Shown here: positions 45,151-55,575 of the stretch, piece by piece
Numbering within the stretch: the first letter of the stretch is position 1
Layout of the letters: the number at the start of each line of letters is the position of its first letter
Virus record (IMG/VR): IMGVR_UViG_3300047375_000738
DNA: 64,000 nt
Origin: a virus
Taxonomy: Duplodnaviria > Caudoviricetes
Reading direction: 5' to 3' (one strand)
Program-made: the position numbers and the translations under genes
The notes under the pieces: generated by a model
Told to the model about the DNA's origin: nothing
Databases searched by the model: none
What the model saw: the letters and a program-made list of their open reading frames with translations, nothing else

Positions 45151-45849
45151 CTATTTATCAATATCTTCCTTGTACACAATTTTATCGATACGAGTAATAT
45201 TGTCACCGCAAATCAGTTGTACCATGAATAAAACTTTTTCGTCACGTACAAAAATATATTGTCCTTTGATCCAACGCTCTCTATTAAGAAAGTTTTTCAT
45301 TAGTACAGGCCCACAACGTGCTTTGTCAGTGTTGTTTTGTAGCCATGTGCCCATTGAACGCTTTGCTGTTTTCTGTCCAAACGTTAATTTAATTGGAAAG
45401 TTTGTTTTTTTGTCACTAAGTATAATGTTTGCATTAGATTGTAAGTATTTAATACTTGCTGTATCAGGTTCCCAAAATTCTTCAGCAATTTCAAACTTTG
45501 AAATTGTAGTTAGAAGTTTTTTATCATTACTATAGATTATTAGTGTATTATATTCACAACGTACTAAATATTCTTTACTATGTAATAACAATCTGCAAAT
45601 TTTATCAGCATCTGTTATGTCATTAGAATCAAGATGTAACTCACTACGCCACGTAGTCTTCTTTAACGGTAGTCCTAATTTTGCTGAAAGTTTGTAACTA
45701 TCAATTTGGCTACGTGCATAACTTAGTTTGCCGTTGCGTTGCATTTCAGTTCTAAACACACTTGCTAATGGACTACGGACGACTACTTTATATAGAAATC
45801 GTCCGTAGTGTAGTTTTTTGGTTTCAAACTTCTTCAACAACTTGTTCAA
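45151..45849 (-). CDS. Hypothetical basic protein
   Basis: 232-aa ORF downstream of clpA. Confidence 0.75.
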   Translation of the reverse strand: MNKLLKKFETKKLHYGRFLYKVVVRSPLASVFRTEMQRNGKLSYARSQIDSYKLSAKLGLPLKKTTWRSELHLDSNDITDADKICRLLLHSKEYLVRCEYNTLIIYSNDKKLLTTISKFEIAEEFWEPDTASIKYLQSNANIILSDKKTNFPIKLTFGQKTAKRSMGTWLQNNTDKARCGPVLMKNFLNRERWIKGQYIFVRDEKVLFMVQLICGDNITRIDKIVYKEDIDK

Positions 45850-48073
45850 CTTCTAGTTCAATTTTGTCATCAACAAGTTTAATAACAATGTCGCCGCCGT
45901 TTTTCAAGTCACCAAATAGTAGTGCTCTTGACAACGGACGTTTGATATCTTTATCAATTACACGCTGCAAAGGCCTTGCACCCATTTTAGGATCAAATCC
46001 TTTGTCAACTAAGTAGTCCAACGCTTCGTCTGTAATAGTAAACTTAACATCTTTTTGTTTGACCATGTCTTTGAGTTCTTTCATAAACTTCCCGACAATT
46101 TTCATCATTACAGGCTTGCCTAGTTTAGCAAATGTAATTGTAGCATCAAGTCTATTTCTAAACTCTGGCTTAAAGTAATTTTTTATACTAGTATCTTCGT
46201 ACTCAGTTTCCTCTGAGCCAAACCCGATAGCATTTTTCTCAGCTTCTGCTGCACCCAAGTTAGTTGTAAGAATTAATACAACATTACGTGCATCTGCTTC
46301 TTTGCCATTTGATCCTGTAACTTTGCCATTATCCATTAGCTGCAATAGTACGCTACTAACATCTGGGTGTGCTTTTTCAATTTCGTCTAGTAGCAATACA
46401 CAGTTAGGATTTTCTTGTAGTTTTACAATTAACTGTCCAGCATCGTCATCAAACCCAACATAGCCTGGAGGAGCACCAATAAGTTTAGCAACACTGTGCT
46501 TCTCTTGATACTCACTCATATCAAAACGTACTAGCGGAATGCCCATGTTTGTTGAAAGAGCTTTTGCAGTTTCTGTTTTACCTGTGCCAGTTGGGCCCAT
46601 AAACACAAAAGATCCAATTGGTTTATCATCAGGCTTTAGTCCTGCTTGCGCTACAAGAATCTTATCTACAATACCTTCAATAGCATCGTCTTGTCCAAAC
46701 ACACTACCTTTCATATTCTTTTCAAGATCTTTTAGATTCTCAGCTTCACGTTCTGCTACTTGCTCTTCGGGTAGTTTTACCATTTTAGCAAGTTCAAACT
46801 GAATTTCTTCTTCGGTAACAACCAAGTCTTCTGTTTGATCGTTTACTTTAAAGCGTGAACATGCTACGTCCAGCAAGTCGATTGCTTTATCTGGTAGCTT
46901 CTTATCAGGTTGATATTTTACACTAAGTTTTACTGCTGAAGCCATTGCATCGTCTGTAATCTTTACACCATGGAAGTCTTCGTAATATCCTACAATGCCT
47001 TTTAGAATTTCGAGTGTAGTTTCTTCGCTCGGTTCGTCAATACTTACACGTTGGAATCGACGCATTAATGCTCGATCCTTTTCAAAGAACTTGCGATACT
47101 CTTCCCATGTAGTTGACGCAACAACTTTTAAGTTACCCTTGCCTAATGCAGGTTTTAGTAAGTTAGCTAAATCGTTACTACTATTCTGTCCGCCTGCACC
47201 TGCTCCACTGATCATATGTGCTTCGTCAATAAACATAATAGTCTTGCCTTTCTTTTGTAGTCCGGCTAGTACTAGTTTAAAACGTTCCTCAAAGTCACCA
47301 CGATATTTACTACCAGCAAGCATAGCACCAATATCTAGTGCATATACATTATATTCTTTTAAAAACTCTGGTGTTTCGCCATTAACAATTTTCCAAGCAA
47401 GCCCTTCTGCAATAGCAGTTTTACCAACGCCTGGATCGCCTACCATTAGTACGTTGCTTTTACTACGACGACCTAGTGCTAGTGCAACACTACTTAGTTC
47501 GTCGTGGCGTCCAATTACAGGATCAATTTTGCCTGACTTTACTTGTGCATTTAAATCGTCTGTAAACTGTCGGATAGCTTGGTTAGCAGCACCAGCGTTC
47601 TCTTGTAGCTCTTGTTCTTCTTCTTGTTCGCCTATTGCAATATTAACAAATGCTTGCCACTCGGCTTTTGTAATTTTGGCCTTGTGTGTTGCAAAATACG
47701 CAAAGCTACGTTTTTCGCCTAGTATACTTGTAAATACATCAGAAATTTCAATTTTACTTCTGCCTTGAAATAACACTTGTGCAAATGCTCTATTCAATAC
47801 ACGCTCGACAGTTTGTGTTTTTTTAGGCTTCCATTTTTTACTAACAGTATCAGTATCAATTTTAATTTGTTCAAGAGACTTAATATAATTTTCAAGTTCA
47901 CTTTTGAGTAAGTCAACGTCGGCACCATACTCTTCAAGTGATTCTTGAAAGTTTTCTTCGCATAGCATAGCAAAAGTTAAATGCTCAAGTGTAACATATT
48001 CATGCTTTAACTTTTTTGCATCGCCGACTGCTTTATCAAATACTGCTTGTAATTCTGTACTCGGTTCAACCAT
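45824..48073 (-). CDS. clpA: ClpA-type Hsp100 AAA+ unfoldase
   Basis: N-domain (HEYVTLEHL), GDPGVGKT, FIDEAH, GPTGTGKT, LLDEIEKAH, IGF ClpP-docking loop; no ClpB middle domain. Confidence 0.9.
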   Translation of the reverse strand: MVEPSTELQAVFDKAVGDAKKLKHEYVTLEHLTFAMLCEENFQESLEEYGADVDLLKSELENYIKSLEQIKIDTDTVSKKWKPKKTQTVERVLNRAFAQVLFQGRSKIEISDVFTSILGEKRSFAYFATHKAKITKAEWQAFVNIAIGEQEEEQELQENAGAANQAIRQFTDDLNAQVKSGKIDPVIGRHDELSSVALALGRRSKSNVLMVGDPGVGKTAIAEGLAWKIVNGETPEFLKEYNVYALDIGAMLAGSKYRGDFEERFKLVLAGLQKKGKTIMFIDEAHMISGAGAGGQNSSNDLANLLKPALGKGNLKVVASTTWEEYRKFFEKDRALMRRFQRVSIDEPSEETTLEILKGIVGYYEDFHGVKITDDAMASAVKLSVKYQPDKKLPDKAIDLLDVACSRFKVNDQTEDLVVTEEEIQFELAKMVKLPEEQVAEREAENLKDLEKNMKGSVFGQDDAIEGIVDKILVAQAGLKPDDKPIGSFVFMGPTGTGKTETAKALSTNMGIPLVRFDMSEYQEKHSVAKLIGAPPGYVGFDDDAGQLIVKLQENPNCVLLLDEIEKAHPDVSSVLLQLMDNGKVTGSNGKEADARNVVLILTTNLGAAEAEKNAIGFGSEETEYEDTSIKNYFKPEFRNRLDATITFAKLGKPVMMKIVGKFMKELKDMVKQKDVKFTITDEALDYLVDKGFDPKMGARPLQRVIDKDIKRPLSRALLFGDLKNGGDIVIKLVDDKIELEVEQVVEEV

Positions 48074-48599
48074 TTCTTATTGCCTTTTTAATATCTTTAA
48101 TACGTTTTGTTTCTGCACGTTTTAGTTTGAATTTACTTACTCGATCAATGTATTGTATACCGTGCAAATGATCATACTCGTGTAAGAAAATTCTAGCATC
48201 GATGTCGTCCAGTTTCATCTCTACATGTATAACATTTTTATAGTCATTTGTCAAGGTATCAAATCCAACAATACAACTAATTGGACGTTTTACTTTTAGT
48301 ATTAGTCCAGGATGACTAAGACACCCTTCGGGTCCTAGTTCAATTTCTTTACTAAGTCCTTTAATTTCAGGATTGATAACTGTAACAATATCTCCGTGCT
48401 GTTTATTTAAAAATGCTTTCATTACAAAAATTTGTCCAGAGAACCCTACTTGGTTTGCACTAAGTCCAACACCGCCATGTTTATTCATAACGTCAATCAT
48501 GTCTAGTGCCTTTGGAGCAGGGTGTCCAAAGTATTCTTGGTCGTAAACATCCACTGCTGTTTCAAGCTGTGGATCAGGTGCGATTACTAAGTTCATCAT
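48066..48599 (-). CDS. def: Peptide deformylase
   Basis: GVGLSANQVG, EGCLS, HEYDH. Confidence 0.95.
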   Translation of the reverse strand: MMNLVIAPDPQLETAVDVYDQEYFGHPAPKALDMIDVMNKHGGVGLSANQVGFSGQIFVMKAFLNKQHGDIVTVINPEIKGLSKEIELGPEGCLSHPGLILKVKRPISCIVGFDTLTNDYKNVIHVEMKLDDIDARIFLHEYDHLHGIQYIDRVSKFKLKRAETKRIKDIKKAIRNG

Positions 48600-49398
48600 A
48601 TAACTTTTTTACCTTTTCTTCATCTTCTATAGTATTTAATTTAGGAAGGGTTCCCTTAATATGCAAATACAAATGTCCAGTACGTCCTTGTCTTGGATCT
48701 GGGATACCTTGCCCGCCTACACTTAATGTTGTACTAGGCGCAGTACTCTTAGGTATTGTAACACGTAAAGGACCGCCTGTCAACTTATCAATTATTATTA
48801 CAGTACCTAACATTAGATCAAATACACTTACGTCTATATTAGAATGTAAGTTTATGCCATCACGATCGTATCTTGGATGTGCTTGAACTCGGACTTGTAC
48901 TAATAAATCGCCTCTTGGCAAACGTGGATTAGAGTTATCACCTAAGCCTTGATATCTAATTACTTGTCCGTTTTGGACACCTTGTTGTATCTTTATACTA
49001 GCACTACTTTCTAAACCATTTGGCAGTTTGTATGTGGCTAAAATATCTCTGCCTTCCATAACATCACGTAGTGTAATATTTACTGCAATTTTAACATCGC
49101 TATTTTTTTGTGGGCGTTGCTGTTGTGCAAATCCTCTGCCAAACATTGCTTCAAATATATCATTCACACTTCCAGCGCCAGCATTCATCGACTGTGTATT
49201 CATTCTAACTTGGGGGCTGTCGTATGCCTGCCTCTTAGCAGGATCCTTTAAGGTTTCGTATGCTTCATTTATTTGTGAAAATTTAGCACCGTCGCCACCG
49301 TGGTCAGGATGATGTTTCATAGCCGACTTGCGGTATGCTTTTTTTATTTCATCCTGACTAGCTTGTTTGTTAATACCTAATATACTGTAATAGTCCAT
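48574..49398 (-). CDS. Class II J-domain co-chaperone (DnaJ/CbpA-like, no Zn finger)
   Basis: DYYSILG, HHPD, INEAYETL, GDLLV. Confidence 0.9.
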   Translation of the reverse strand: MDYYSILGINKQASQDEIKKAYRKSAMKHHPDHGGDGAKFSQINEAYETLKDPAKRQAYDSPQVRMNTQSMNAGAGSVNDIFEAMFGRGFAQQQRPQKNSDVKIAVNITLRDVMEGRDILATYKLPNGLESSASIKIQQGVQNGQVIRYQGLGDNSNPRLPRGDLLVQVRVQAHPRYDRDGINLHSNIDVSVFDLMLGTVIIIDKLTGGPLRVTIPKSTAPSTTLSVGGQGIPDPRQGRTGHLYLHIKGTLPKLNTIEDEEKVKKLYDELSNRT

Positions 49399-49418
49399 AC
49401 TATTACTTACTATCTGTA

Positions 49419-49802
49419 TTATTTAGATTTGTCAGTTCCGGTATACAGTCCAAACCATGCTGCTCCAGCACCAACTACGATACTGATTAGTCCACTTTGT
49501 TCCATACTTGGATCTGGCAAATTCATATACCAAATAACACATTTGTATAATAGTATAATGTATACAGTTAAGAACAAGCGTGGAAAGATTCTCCAACTAT
49601 CGATTGCTCTTGCTAAGTGTATCAATCTTGCATATGGATTTGGACCCATATCTTTTACACTTGTGTCTACTTCTAAATCTAGTTTAACTTTTCGTGTAGT
49701 ACTATCTTGCGTACTTACTACTACAGCGTCTGGTTTTGCTTCTGGTTCCGGCGCAGGTTGTGCTGCTGGTTTGTCTAAGTCTTCAAGTTTTTTTCTTGGC
49801 AT
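49419..49802 (-). CDS. Two-TM membrane protein (holin/antiholin candidate)
   Basis: Two hydrophobic helices; end of the lysis cassette. Confidence 0.55.
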   Translation of the reverse strand: MPRKKLEDLDKPAAQPAPEPEAKPDAVVVSTQDSTTRKVKLDLEVDTSVKDMGPNPYARLIHLARAIDSWRIFPRLFLTVYIILLYKCVIWYMNLPDPSMEQSGLISIVVGAGAAWFGLYTGTDKSK

Positions 49803-50079
49803 TTTTACCCTCCAATTTTTGTAATCTGCCCTCTAGGTCGTCTATCTTTGCTGTAATTTTTGGATACTTTTTACGCCAGGCATCTTCAGGTTGTTCTAAC
49901 CAAGTCCACCCCCAACGTGCTACTAGGAAGTCGATTGCATTATCGACTTTTGCATAGCCCCAAAGTCCAATTCGTGTTGTACTCATGTATGCTACAAATA
50001 TAGCACCTAGTATACTACCGCCGATTGCTGTGTAAATCCACAGCCTATCAGTGGCCATTCTTTCAATCATTTCCCACAT
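49783..50079 (-). CDS. Single-TM membrane protein (holin candidate)
   Basis: N-terminal TM, charged C-terminus. Confidence 0.55.
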   Translation of the reverse strand: MWEMIERMATDRLWIYTAIGGSILGAIFVAYMSTTRIGLWGYAKVDNAIDFLVARWGWTWLEQPEDAWRKKYPKITAKIDDLEGRLQKLEGKNAKKKT

Positions 50080-50100
50080 AGTAATCCCTCAATTATTATG

Positions 50101-50634
50101 TTAGTATTTATCCATCATCCACTTTGGCAAACTTCCTGTTGCTTCCTCTTGTGTTGGATATCTTCGTACACCTAATGCTCGTTGAGGATTGTATAAATCG
50201 TATCGAACTTCATTAGATTGATTGCCTCCAAGTATTACCCATTTGCCGTTTTGTTCTTCAACAAAAAATCCTACATGCCCTTTCCATCCGCTATTTCCTC
50301 TTGGAAATATTACAACATCTCCACGTTGTATAAACTCAGGGTCTACCTTTTCGCCCCAATATAGAAAACTACGTGCCATTAGTGGAGGGTATTTGGTTTG
50401 ATTGTTTAAGTTAGGTATATTGTCTAATTCTAGCACAGCATTAACAAACGCCGCACACCATTCTGTACGTACAGGATCAACACCAGTTAACTGATGCAAC
50501 TCTCTCCTGTTTGCACGTTCTCCTAATCCAATATATTCTTGAGCTAAGTCCACACTAGTAATATTCTCACTAGCAAAGGGCGCACATGCTGTAATTAACA
50601 TAATGCTAGATACTCTAATAATGTGTTTGATCAA
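50101..50634 (-). CDS. NlpC/P60-CHAP-like (TIGR02594-type) peptidoglycan hydrolase, possible lipoprotein
   Basis: EWCAAFVN (Cys), GHVGFF (His), LGGNQSN; signal ending ITAC. Confidence 0.8.
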   Translation of the reverse strand: MIKHIIRVSSIMLITACAPFASENITSVDLAQEYIGLGERANRRELHQLTGVDPVRTEWCAAFVNAVLELDNIPNLNNQTKYPPLMARSFLYWGEKVDPEFIQRGDVVIFPRGNSGWKGHVGFFVEEQNGKWVILGGNQSNEVRYDLYNPQRALGVRRYPTQEEATGSLPKWMMDKY

Positions 50635-51030
50635 TTAGTCGATTACCTCAACTATTGCATTATCCATTGCTTCTTCTGCTTGTGCATAATAACCTTCATA
50701 GGCTGCAATGATAGCTTGTTGTTGTTGCACTAATGCACGTATGTCACTAAAGTTTAATCCTAAATTGCCATACCCGTCACCTGTTAATCCATATATAGCA
50801 AACGGTTTTCCACTTGCTGCAAGCCTTGCTATTACAGCATCAACATTATCTTCGTTGATAACAATCCATTCTAACTTGCGCATGTTGAGTTCGTCAACAG
50901 GAGGCAGAGTCAGTGTAGGTTTTTCAACCGGTGCTGTACTTATATCAATTACTTGTGGTTTCGTTGAGCAAGCCGCGAGACTTATAAGTATCGTAAAACC
51001 AAGGACACTCTTTGTTAAAAGCGATGCCAT
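50635..51030 (-). CDS. o-spanin (Rz1-like lipoprotein)
   Basis: Lipobox LAAC, Pro-rich segment, overlaps the i-spanin 3' end. Confidence 0.75.
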   Translation of the reverse strand: MASLLTKSVLGFTILISLAACSTKPQVIDISTAPVEKPTLTLPPVDELNMRKLEWIVINEDNVDAVIARLAASGKPFAIYGLTGDGYGNLGLNFSDIRALVQQQQAIIAAYEGYYAQAEEAMDNAIVEVID

Positions 51031-51433
51031 TTGCTGCGTTCCTTTCTTTGTCTGTTAGATCTGCCCCCGATAGCAGTTCAAAACATCTACCTGCATTTTC
51101 GGTGCCTCTATTTACTGCACGTTCAATACCTTCGGCATTTGCTATTGCTGCTGCTGTTAAATCAATTTGTTGTAGTTTATCTGCAAGTTGCTGATTTTGC
51201 CTACGTATGCTTATGTACTGTTCGTTTAGTGTAGCAAGTTCGCTAGATGCTTTTGCATAGTCTTGCTCTAGCGAACTTATTGTTTGTTCGTTCAGTTCTA
51301 CTGCGGTGTTAAGTTTAGCATTGTTTGATGTAAGGATAGCCAAGCGTTCTTGGGTGTCATTGTAGTACCAATAACCGATACCTCCTGCACCCAACAACAA
51401 CATAAACATTACTATTGCTAACTTAGCACCCAT
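50945..51433 (-). CDS. i-spanin (Rz-like)
   Basis: N-terminal TM, long coiled coil, two C-terminal Cys; follows the endolysin. Confidence 0.75.
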   Translation of the reverse strand: MGAKLAIVMFMLLLGAGGIGYWYYNDTQERLAILTSNNAKLNTAVELNEQTISSLEQDYAKASSELATLNEQYISIRRQNQQLADKLQQIDLTAAAIANAEGIERAVNRGTENAGRCFELLSGADLTDKERNAANGIAFNKECPWFYDTYKSRGLLNETTSN

Positions 51434-51438
51434 CTTAC

Positions 51439-52296
51439 CTATCCTAGTAACTTTCCCAGCGTCTTAGGACCTACAATTCCGTCTGCTGTTAAACCGTTTT
51501 TTGTTTGCCACTTTTTAACGCTACGTGCAGTACCTGGTCCAAAGATGCCATCAGCAGGAGCAATGCCAAGTTTGTCCTGTACTTCTGCTACTAATGGACC
51601 ACGTGATCCTTGTCTAATTGTTTGATTAAGATTTAGATCGTCCTTTTTAGGTTCAACAAAATCACCACCAAGCACATCTAATGCGTGTATGTAATGTTTC
51701 TTACGATCTTCTAATCCAATAGTGCCGCCATTAATACGTTTTGTAGCACCAACAATATCCATGTTATCACAATACTTGTTTAAGCCGTTTGTATCCCAGA
51801 ACCAACATGCACTATCTAATGCACCTTCTTTGGTACGTACATAGTCTACTGCTTCTTCTGGTGACATTTCTACTGCTTCTGCGAATTCAGTATAATTATA
51901 TCTGCCGGTAAGCTGTAGAATACCACCGCCCCGGAATCTCCAACCATCTCCGGAACTACTATCGCCGTTGTCCATTCTGTTTGCGTAAATAACGTTTGCA
52001 ATTTTTTCAGGCTGTCTATGATAATCATTTGCATTCCTTCCTGCACGTTTGAAATACTTAGGAAAAATTGAATCCAGTGCTTTGGCGCTATAGTTTAAGT
52101 TTTCACTTAGTACTCTAAAGCCGCCACTTTCGTGTCCACACTGTGCTAAAAACATAGCAACACGTTCAGGTGTATCAACTTCCCATAACGGAAGAATATC
52201 AAGCATTGCTTCATACCAATCATAATGATCAGGTCTGTGTACTAATTCTTCTGCCATCCACGGCTCGAATTCAAATTTAAAATGTTGTTTACCCAT
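51439..52296 (-). CDS. GH19 endolysin with C-terminal peptidoglycan-binding domain
   Basis: FLAQCGHESGGF, ENLNYS, GRG-like GGGILQLTGRYNY, INGGTIG; DGIFGPGT/ADGIVGPKT. Confidence 0.92.
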   Translation of the reverse strand: MGKQHFKFEFEPWMAEELVHRPDHYDWYEAMLDILPLWEVDTPERVAMFLAQCGHESGGFRVLSENLNYSAKALDSIFPKYFKRAGRNANDYHRQPEKIANVIYANRMDNGDSSSGDGWRFRGGGILQLTGRYNYTEFAEAVEMSPEEAVDYVRTKEGALDSACWFWDTNGLNKYCDNMDIVGATKRINGGTIGLEDRKKHYIHALDVLGGDFVEPKKDDLNLNQTIRQGSRGPLVAEVQDKLGIAPADGIFGPGTARSVKKWQTKNGLTADGIVGPKTLGKLLG

Positions 52297-52370
52297 TAGG
52301 TATTATCCTTTTTGCTGTTGTGATTCCCCGGACACAAATTCAATTTTATTATTATTGCTTTTGGGAGAGC

Positions 52371-53087
52371 TTATAGTCTTTCTACAACTAGCATTTTATC
52401 TGCTTGTTCTAACGTAATAGTTTTATCACCAAATTTAGATATATTATAATCGCCTAAGTATTTTGTTAGAAATAGTATTTCTGCGTAGTCGTTCATATTT
52501 ATTTTTTCTTCGATACTTTCGAGAATTTCAGTAGTGCTTCCAAAATCTTTTACTTTAAAGCCCAATGGATCAGCATACATTTTTTTAACAATTAAATCAT
52601 TTTCATCTTCCATAAAGATGTCATCAACATAGCTATTGCTAAAGAAGTTTTTAAAGTTGTTTAAGTTTGATTCGTTTACTAGTTCGTCGTAGCTTTCTGC
52701 ATCAGTTGGTACTGTATCCTGCAACGATTCAATTGTAAGTTCGTGCGGTTTAAATCCTTTGTAGTAACGATATTTAAATTCGCCACCAGTTAATCGACTT
52801 ACTCCATCAGCAAGTTCCATAATTTGTTTTGCAATTCCCTCTTCACGTTCCATTTCAACAAACACTCTGTAGTATCCATCGGCTTGTTCGCCTGAAGTAG
52901 CATCGGCATCTAGTACAAAGTTATATCCACTTTCAATAAATTGTACTAGATCATCAGCTGCTGCCTTTTCTAGTACATTAAAGCTCATTACACAGATATC
53001 TTTATCACTGCCCATTTTGCTTTTATAACTATCAATTTCAAACATAGGAACTATAAGATCCTGTAAATCATTTTCTCTTAAACCCAT
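52371..53087 (-). CDS. Hypothetical protein
   Basis: 238 aa; starts MGLRE. Confidence 0.8.
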   Translation of the reverse strand: MGLRENDLQDLIVPMFEIDSYKSKMGSDKDICVMSFNVLEKAAADDLVQFIESGYNFVLDADATSGEQADGYYRVFVEMEREEGIAKQIMELADGVSRLTGGEFKYRYYKGFKPHELTIESLQDTVPTDAESYDELVNESNLNNFKNFFSNSYVDDIFMEDENDLIVKKMYADPLGFKVKDFGSTTEILESIEEKINMNDYAEILFLTKYLGDYNISKFGDKTITLEQADKMLVVERL

Positions 53088-53617
53088 TATACTTCGTCCT
53101 CTGCACCTACTTCAGGTGCTGCTTGATCTTCTAGTTCTGCTGATGATGCGCCTGCGTCAGGAGCGTCTTGTGGTTTGTCTTGTATGATATCATCAAACTC
53201 TGCACCATACATATCAGCTAATAATTTCTTTGGCATTTTAACTTCAACAATCCAAATTGGATGTCTGTCAAGTTTACCAAAACGTGTACCTTGACGCACA
53301 TCTTCTGGCTCTAGAATTTTTCTTGGCTTTAATAAACTAGACCTTTGATAACCAATCTTACAGTCGTAATCTAATAAACGTTTACCGCCTTCTGGATCAG
53401 GCATCTTATCTTGTGGCCACATAAACTTTGCAGTTACCCAATGACGATCAATAGCAGGACCTTCGGCTAGTTCACCATCTTCCCAGTTTTTATATACGTA
53501 AATATCTAACTCGTCAAGAACTCTTTCAAGATCTTTTAGTACGTTAAATGCACTGTTGCTTTCGTAGATACTTTCAATATTTTTAATTACATCAAGTTCG
53601 TCTAATATATTGGTCAT
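53087..53617 (-). CDS. Hypothetical acidic protein
   Basis: 176 aa; GATAAATA at 53643-53650; starts MTNILDE. Confidence 0.8.
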   Translation of the reverse strand: MTNILDELDVIKNIESIYESNSAFNVLKDLERVLDELDIYVYKNWEDGELAEGPAIDRHWVTAKFMWPQDKMPDPEGGKRLLDYDCKIGYQRSSLLKPRKILEPEDVRQGTRFGKLDRHPIWIVEVKMPKKLLADMYGAEFDDIIQDKPQDAPDAGASSAELEDQAAPEVGAEDEV

Positions 53618-53746
53618 TGTGTCACCTTGTCTTTATTATAGTTATTTATCGCTTGAAGCTTCACAAGTGTGCTAAGAAAGGTAAATACCAGTGCAGGGGG
53701 ATCCTGCAAAGGAAACCCATGCTTTTTCTTAATATAGGAGGCCTTA

Positions 53747-54469
53747 ATGGGAAAAGCGAAAGCAAAACGCCAAGCGCATATATCGACTAACAACGTAGTA
53801 AAACTAAACAACTTCCAACCTCAAAAATCACGACAAGTGAAAATACTCCCTAGAAATAAAAGCCAAGAAACATACATCCTTGAATTACTGGACCGAGAAA
53901 GAGACATAGTCTTCGGAATAGGACCAGCAGGCACAGGTAAAACCCTGTTAGCATGTCAAGCAGGTGTAAAGGCATTTCTAGACGGTAGTGTTGAACGCAT
54001 TATTGTTACTCGTCCTGCTGTAAGTGCAGACGAAGATTTAGGGTTCTTACCCGGAACACTAGAGGAAAAGATGGCTCCATGGACAAGACCAATCTTTGAT
54101 GTGTTTAGAGAATATTTCTACGCTAATGAAATTGAGGGTATGATTAAAGAAGGCGTTATTGAAATATCACCACTAGCATATATGCGTGGTAGAACTTTTA
54201 AAAATAGTTTTATCATTGCAGATGAAATGCAAAATGCAACACAGAATCAAATGAAAATGCTACTAACACGCATTGGTAATGAGAGTCAAATGGTTGTAAC
54301 AGGTGATCTAAACCAAGCAGATAGACTAAAAGACAATGGATTAATTGATTTTATCAATCATCTAGAGTCACGTGAGAGCAAACATATTTCTGCTGTATTT
54401 TTCAAACAAGGAGACATTGAAAGGCATGATGCGGTAAAAGAAGTGCTAGAGATTTACGGCGACGACTGA
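53747..54469 (+). CDS. phoH: PhoH-family ATPase
   Basis: GPAGTGKT, TRPAV, LGFLPG, AYMRGRTF, DEMQN, GDLNQAD. Confidence 0.95.
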   Translation: MGKAKAKRQAHISTNNVVKLNNFQPQKSRQVKILPRNKSQETYILELLDRERDIVFGIGPAGTGKTLLACQAGVKAFLDGSVERIIVTRPAVSADEDLGFLPGTLEEKMAPWTRPIFDVFREYFYANEIEGMIKEGVIEISPLAYMRGRTFKNSFIIADEMQNATQNQMKMLLTRIGNESQMVVTGDLNQADRLKDNGLIDFINHLESRESKHISAVFFKQGDIERHDAVKEVLEIYGDD

Positions 54470-54723
54470 GCTCTAATACTTTTAAAAGCGAGAGGGTGTT
54501 GATTCTTAGCATCCTCTCTTAACAACATCAACAAGTACTCATTTTCAGTATAGGTGAGTTTCCAACTACTTTGTTTAATAGGCGGACGACCCATAGCGTC
54601 ATAGAATATTTCGCCTTGCCAGTATGTCTTTAACCAAATACGCTTTTTACTCCAACTACTGCGTATTGGCCACCATGCGTAATGTTGATTCCATTCAATG
54701 TCTATTTCAACTGTTGGCGGCAT
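54454..54723 (-). CDS. Trp-rich hypothetical protein
   Basis: ORF converging on phoH; start uncertain. Confidence 0.55.
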   Translation of the reverse strand: MPPTVEIDIEWNQHYAWWPIRSSWSKKRIWLKTYWQGEIFYDAMGRPPIKQSSWKLTYTENEYLLMLLREDAKNQHPLAFKSIRAQSSP

Positions 54724-54923
54724 ACGTCCTCCCACCATCGAATAGTCCATACCATTGCTTCTTTTTCACAAGTAAAACTAAAGTATCCTTTGCCATCTTC
54801 GTGTCCCCAAGCCCACGGATGCTTACAATGTAATTCTGTCCATTTAAGAACATATTCCATAATAGCATCACGTGGAAGAACAACATCGTGTTCAAAGTGC
54901 TTATTATAATTCGGATAAGCCAT
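54702..54923 (-). CDS. Hypothetical protein
   Basis: Start reassigned to MAYPNYNKH to avoid a long thyX overlap. Confidence 0.55.
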   Translation of the reverse strand: MAYPNYNKHFEHDVVLPRDAIMEYVLKWTELHCKHPWAWGHEDGKGYFSFTCEKEAMVWTIRWWEDVCRQQLK

Positions 54924-55575
54924 TTGCCATTGGAAAAATTTCTGCGATGACTTTAGCACACTGGACAGCGATTTCCATGTGTTCTTTTTGTGTTCCATTA
55001 GCACTCCGTAAATCGATGTAATGAATCCAACTACGAATAGTTCCGTTCATATACAGTCGTGTTTTTGTTAAGCCTTCAGGTAATACTTTACGTGCTTGTT
55101 CTTTAGCAATGCCTTTTTCAATAGCATTTTCATAAATTGTTTTTGCAACTTCTGCAACATGCTTTTGTTGCATGTCCCACCAAAGCTGTAAATCTCTATC
55201 GTCGGTTGAAATACTGTTTTGTCTATTTTTAGTATCTTGCAAACGTGCTTCTGAGTATTCAAAGATATCACCTTGCTCTGCAGGATCTGCATAACGCTGT
55301 GAAAACTCTTGGAATGCAAAACTACGATGACGTACAATTTGATGTGCGATGTCTCTTGTAGTTTCAATTTCTAATGTAGCATTAACCATTTCAAGTGGTG
55401 ACCAGTGTGCATGTTTAATCAAATACTTAATCAAGCGTTCACTTGTTTCTGTATTAATCTGTGCGGCAGGGTTTGATACCTTTGCACAAAATGCAATTAG
55501 TTCTTGTAGATCTGTTAGACCCTCTGCTGCAAACTCATCTGTTGCTTTACTATAACTTACTAATCGAACGGCCAT
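54904..55575 (-). CDS. thyX: FAD-dependent thymidylate synthase
   Basis: HWSPLE, RHRSFAFQEFSQRY, KEQARKVLP, HYIDLRS. Confidence 0.95.
   Translation of the reverse strand: MAVRLVSYSKATDEFAAEGLTDLQELIAFCAKVSNPAAQINTETSERLIKYLIKHAHWSPLEMVNATLEIETTRDIAHQIVRHRSFAFQEFSQRYADPAEQGDIFEYSEARLQDTKNRQNSISTDDRDLQLWWDMQQKHVAEVAKTIYENAIEKGIAKEQARKVLPEGLTKTRLYMNGTIRSWIHYIDLRSANGTQKEHMEIAVQCAKVIAEIFPMANGLSEL

Noticed and set aside
53692-53708. Hairpin TGCAGG/CCTGCA in the phoH leader
   Set aside because: Only 6 bp, no U-tract, does not cover the SD; function cannot be supported
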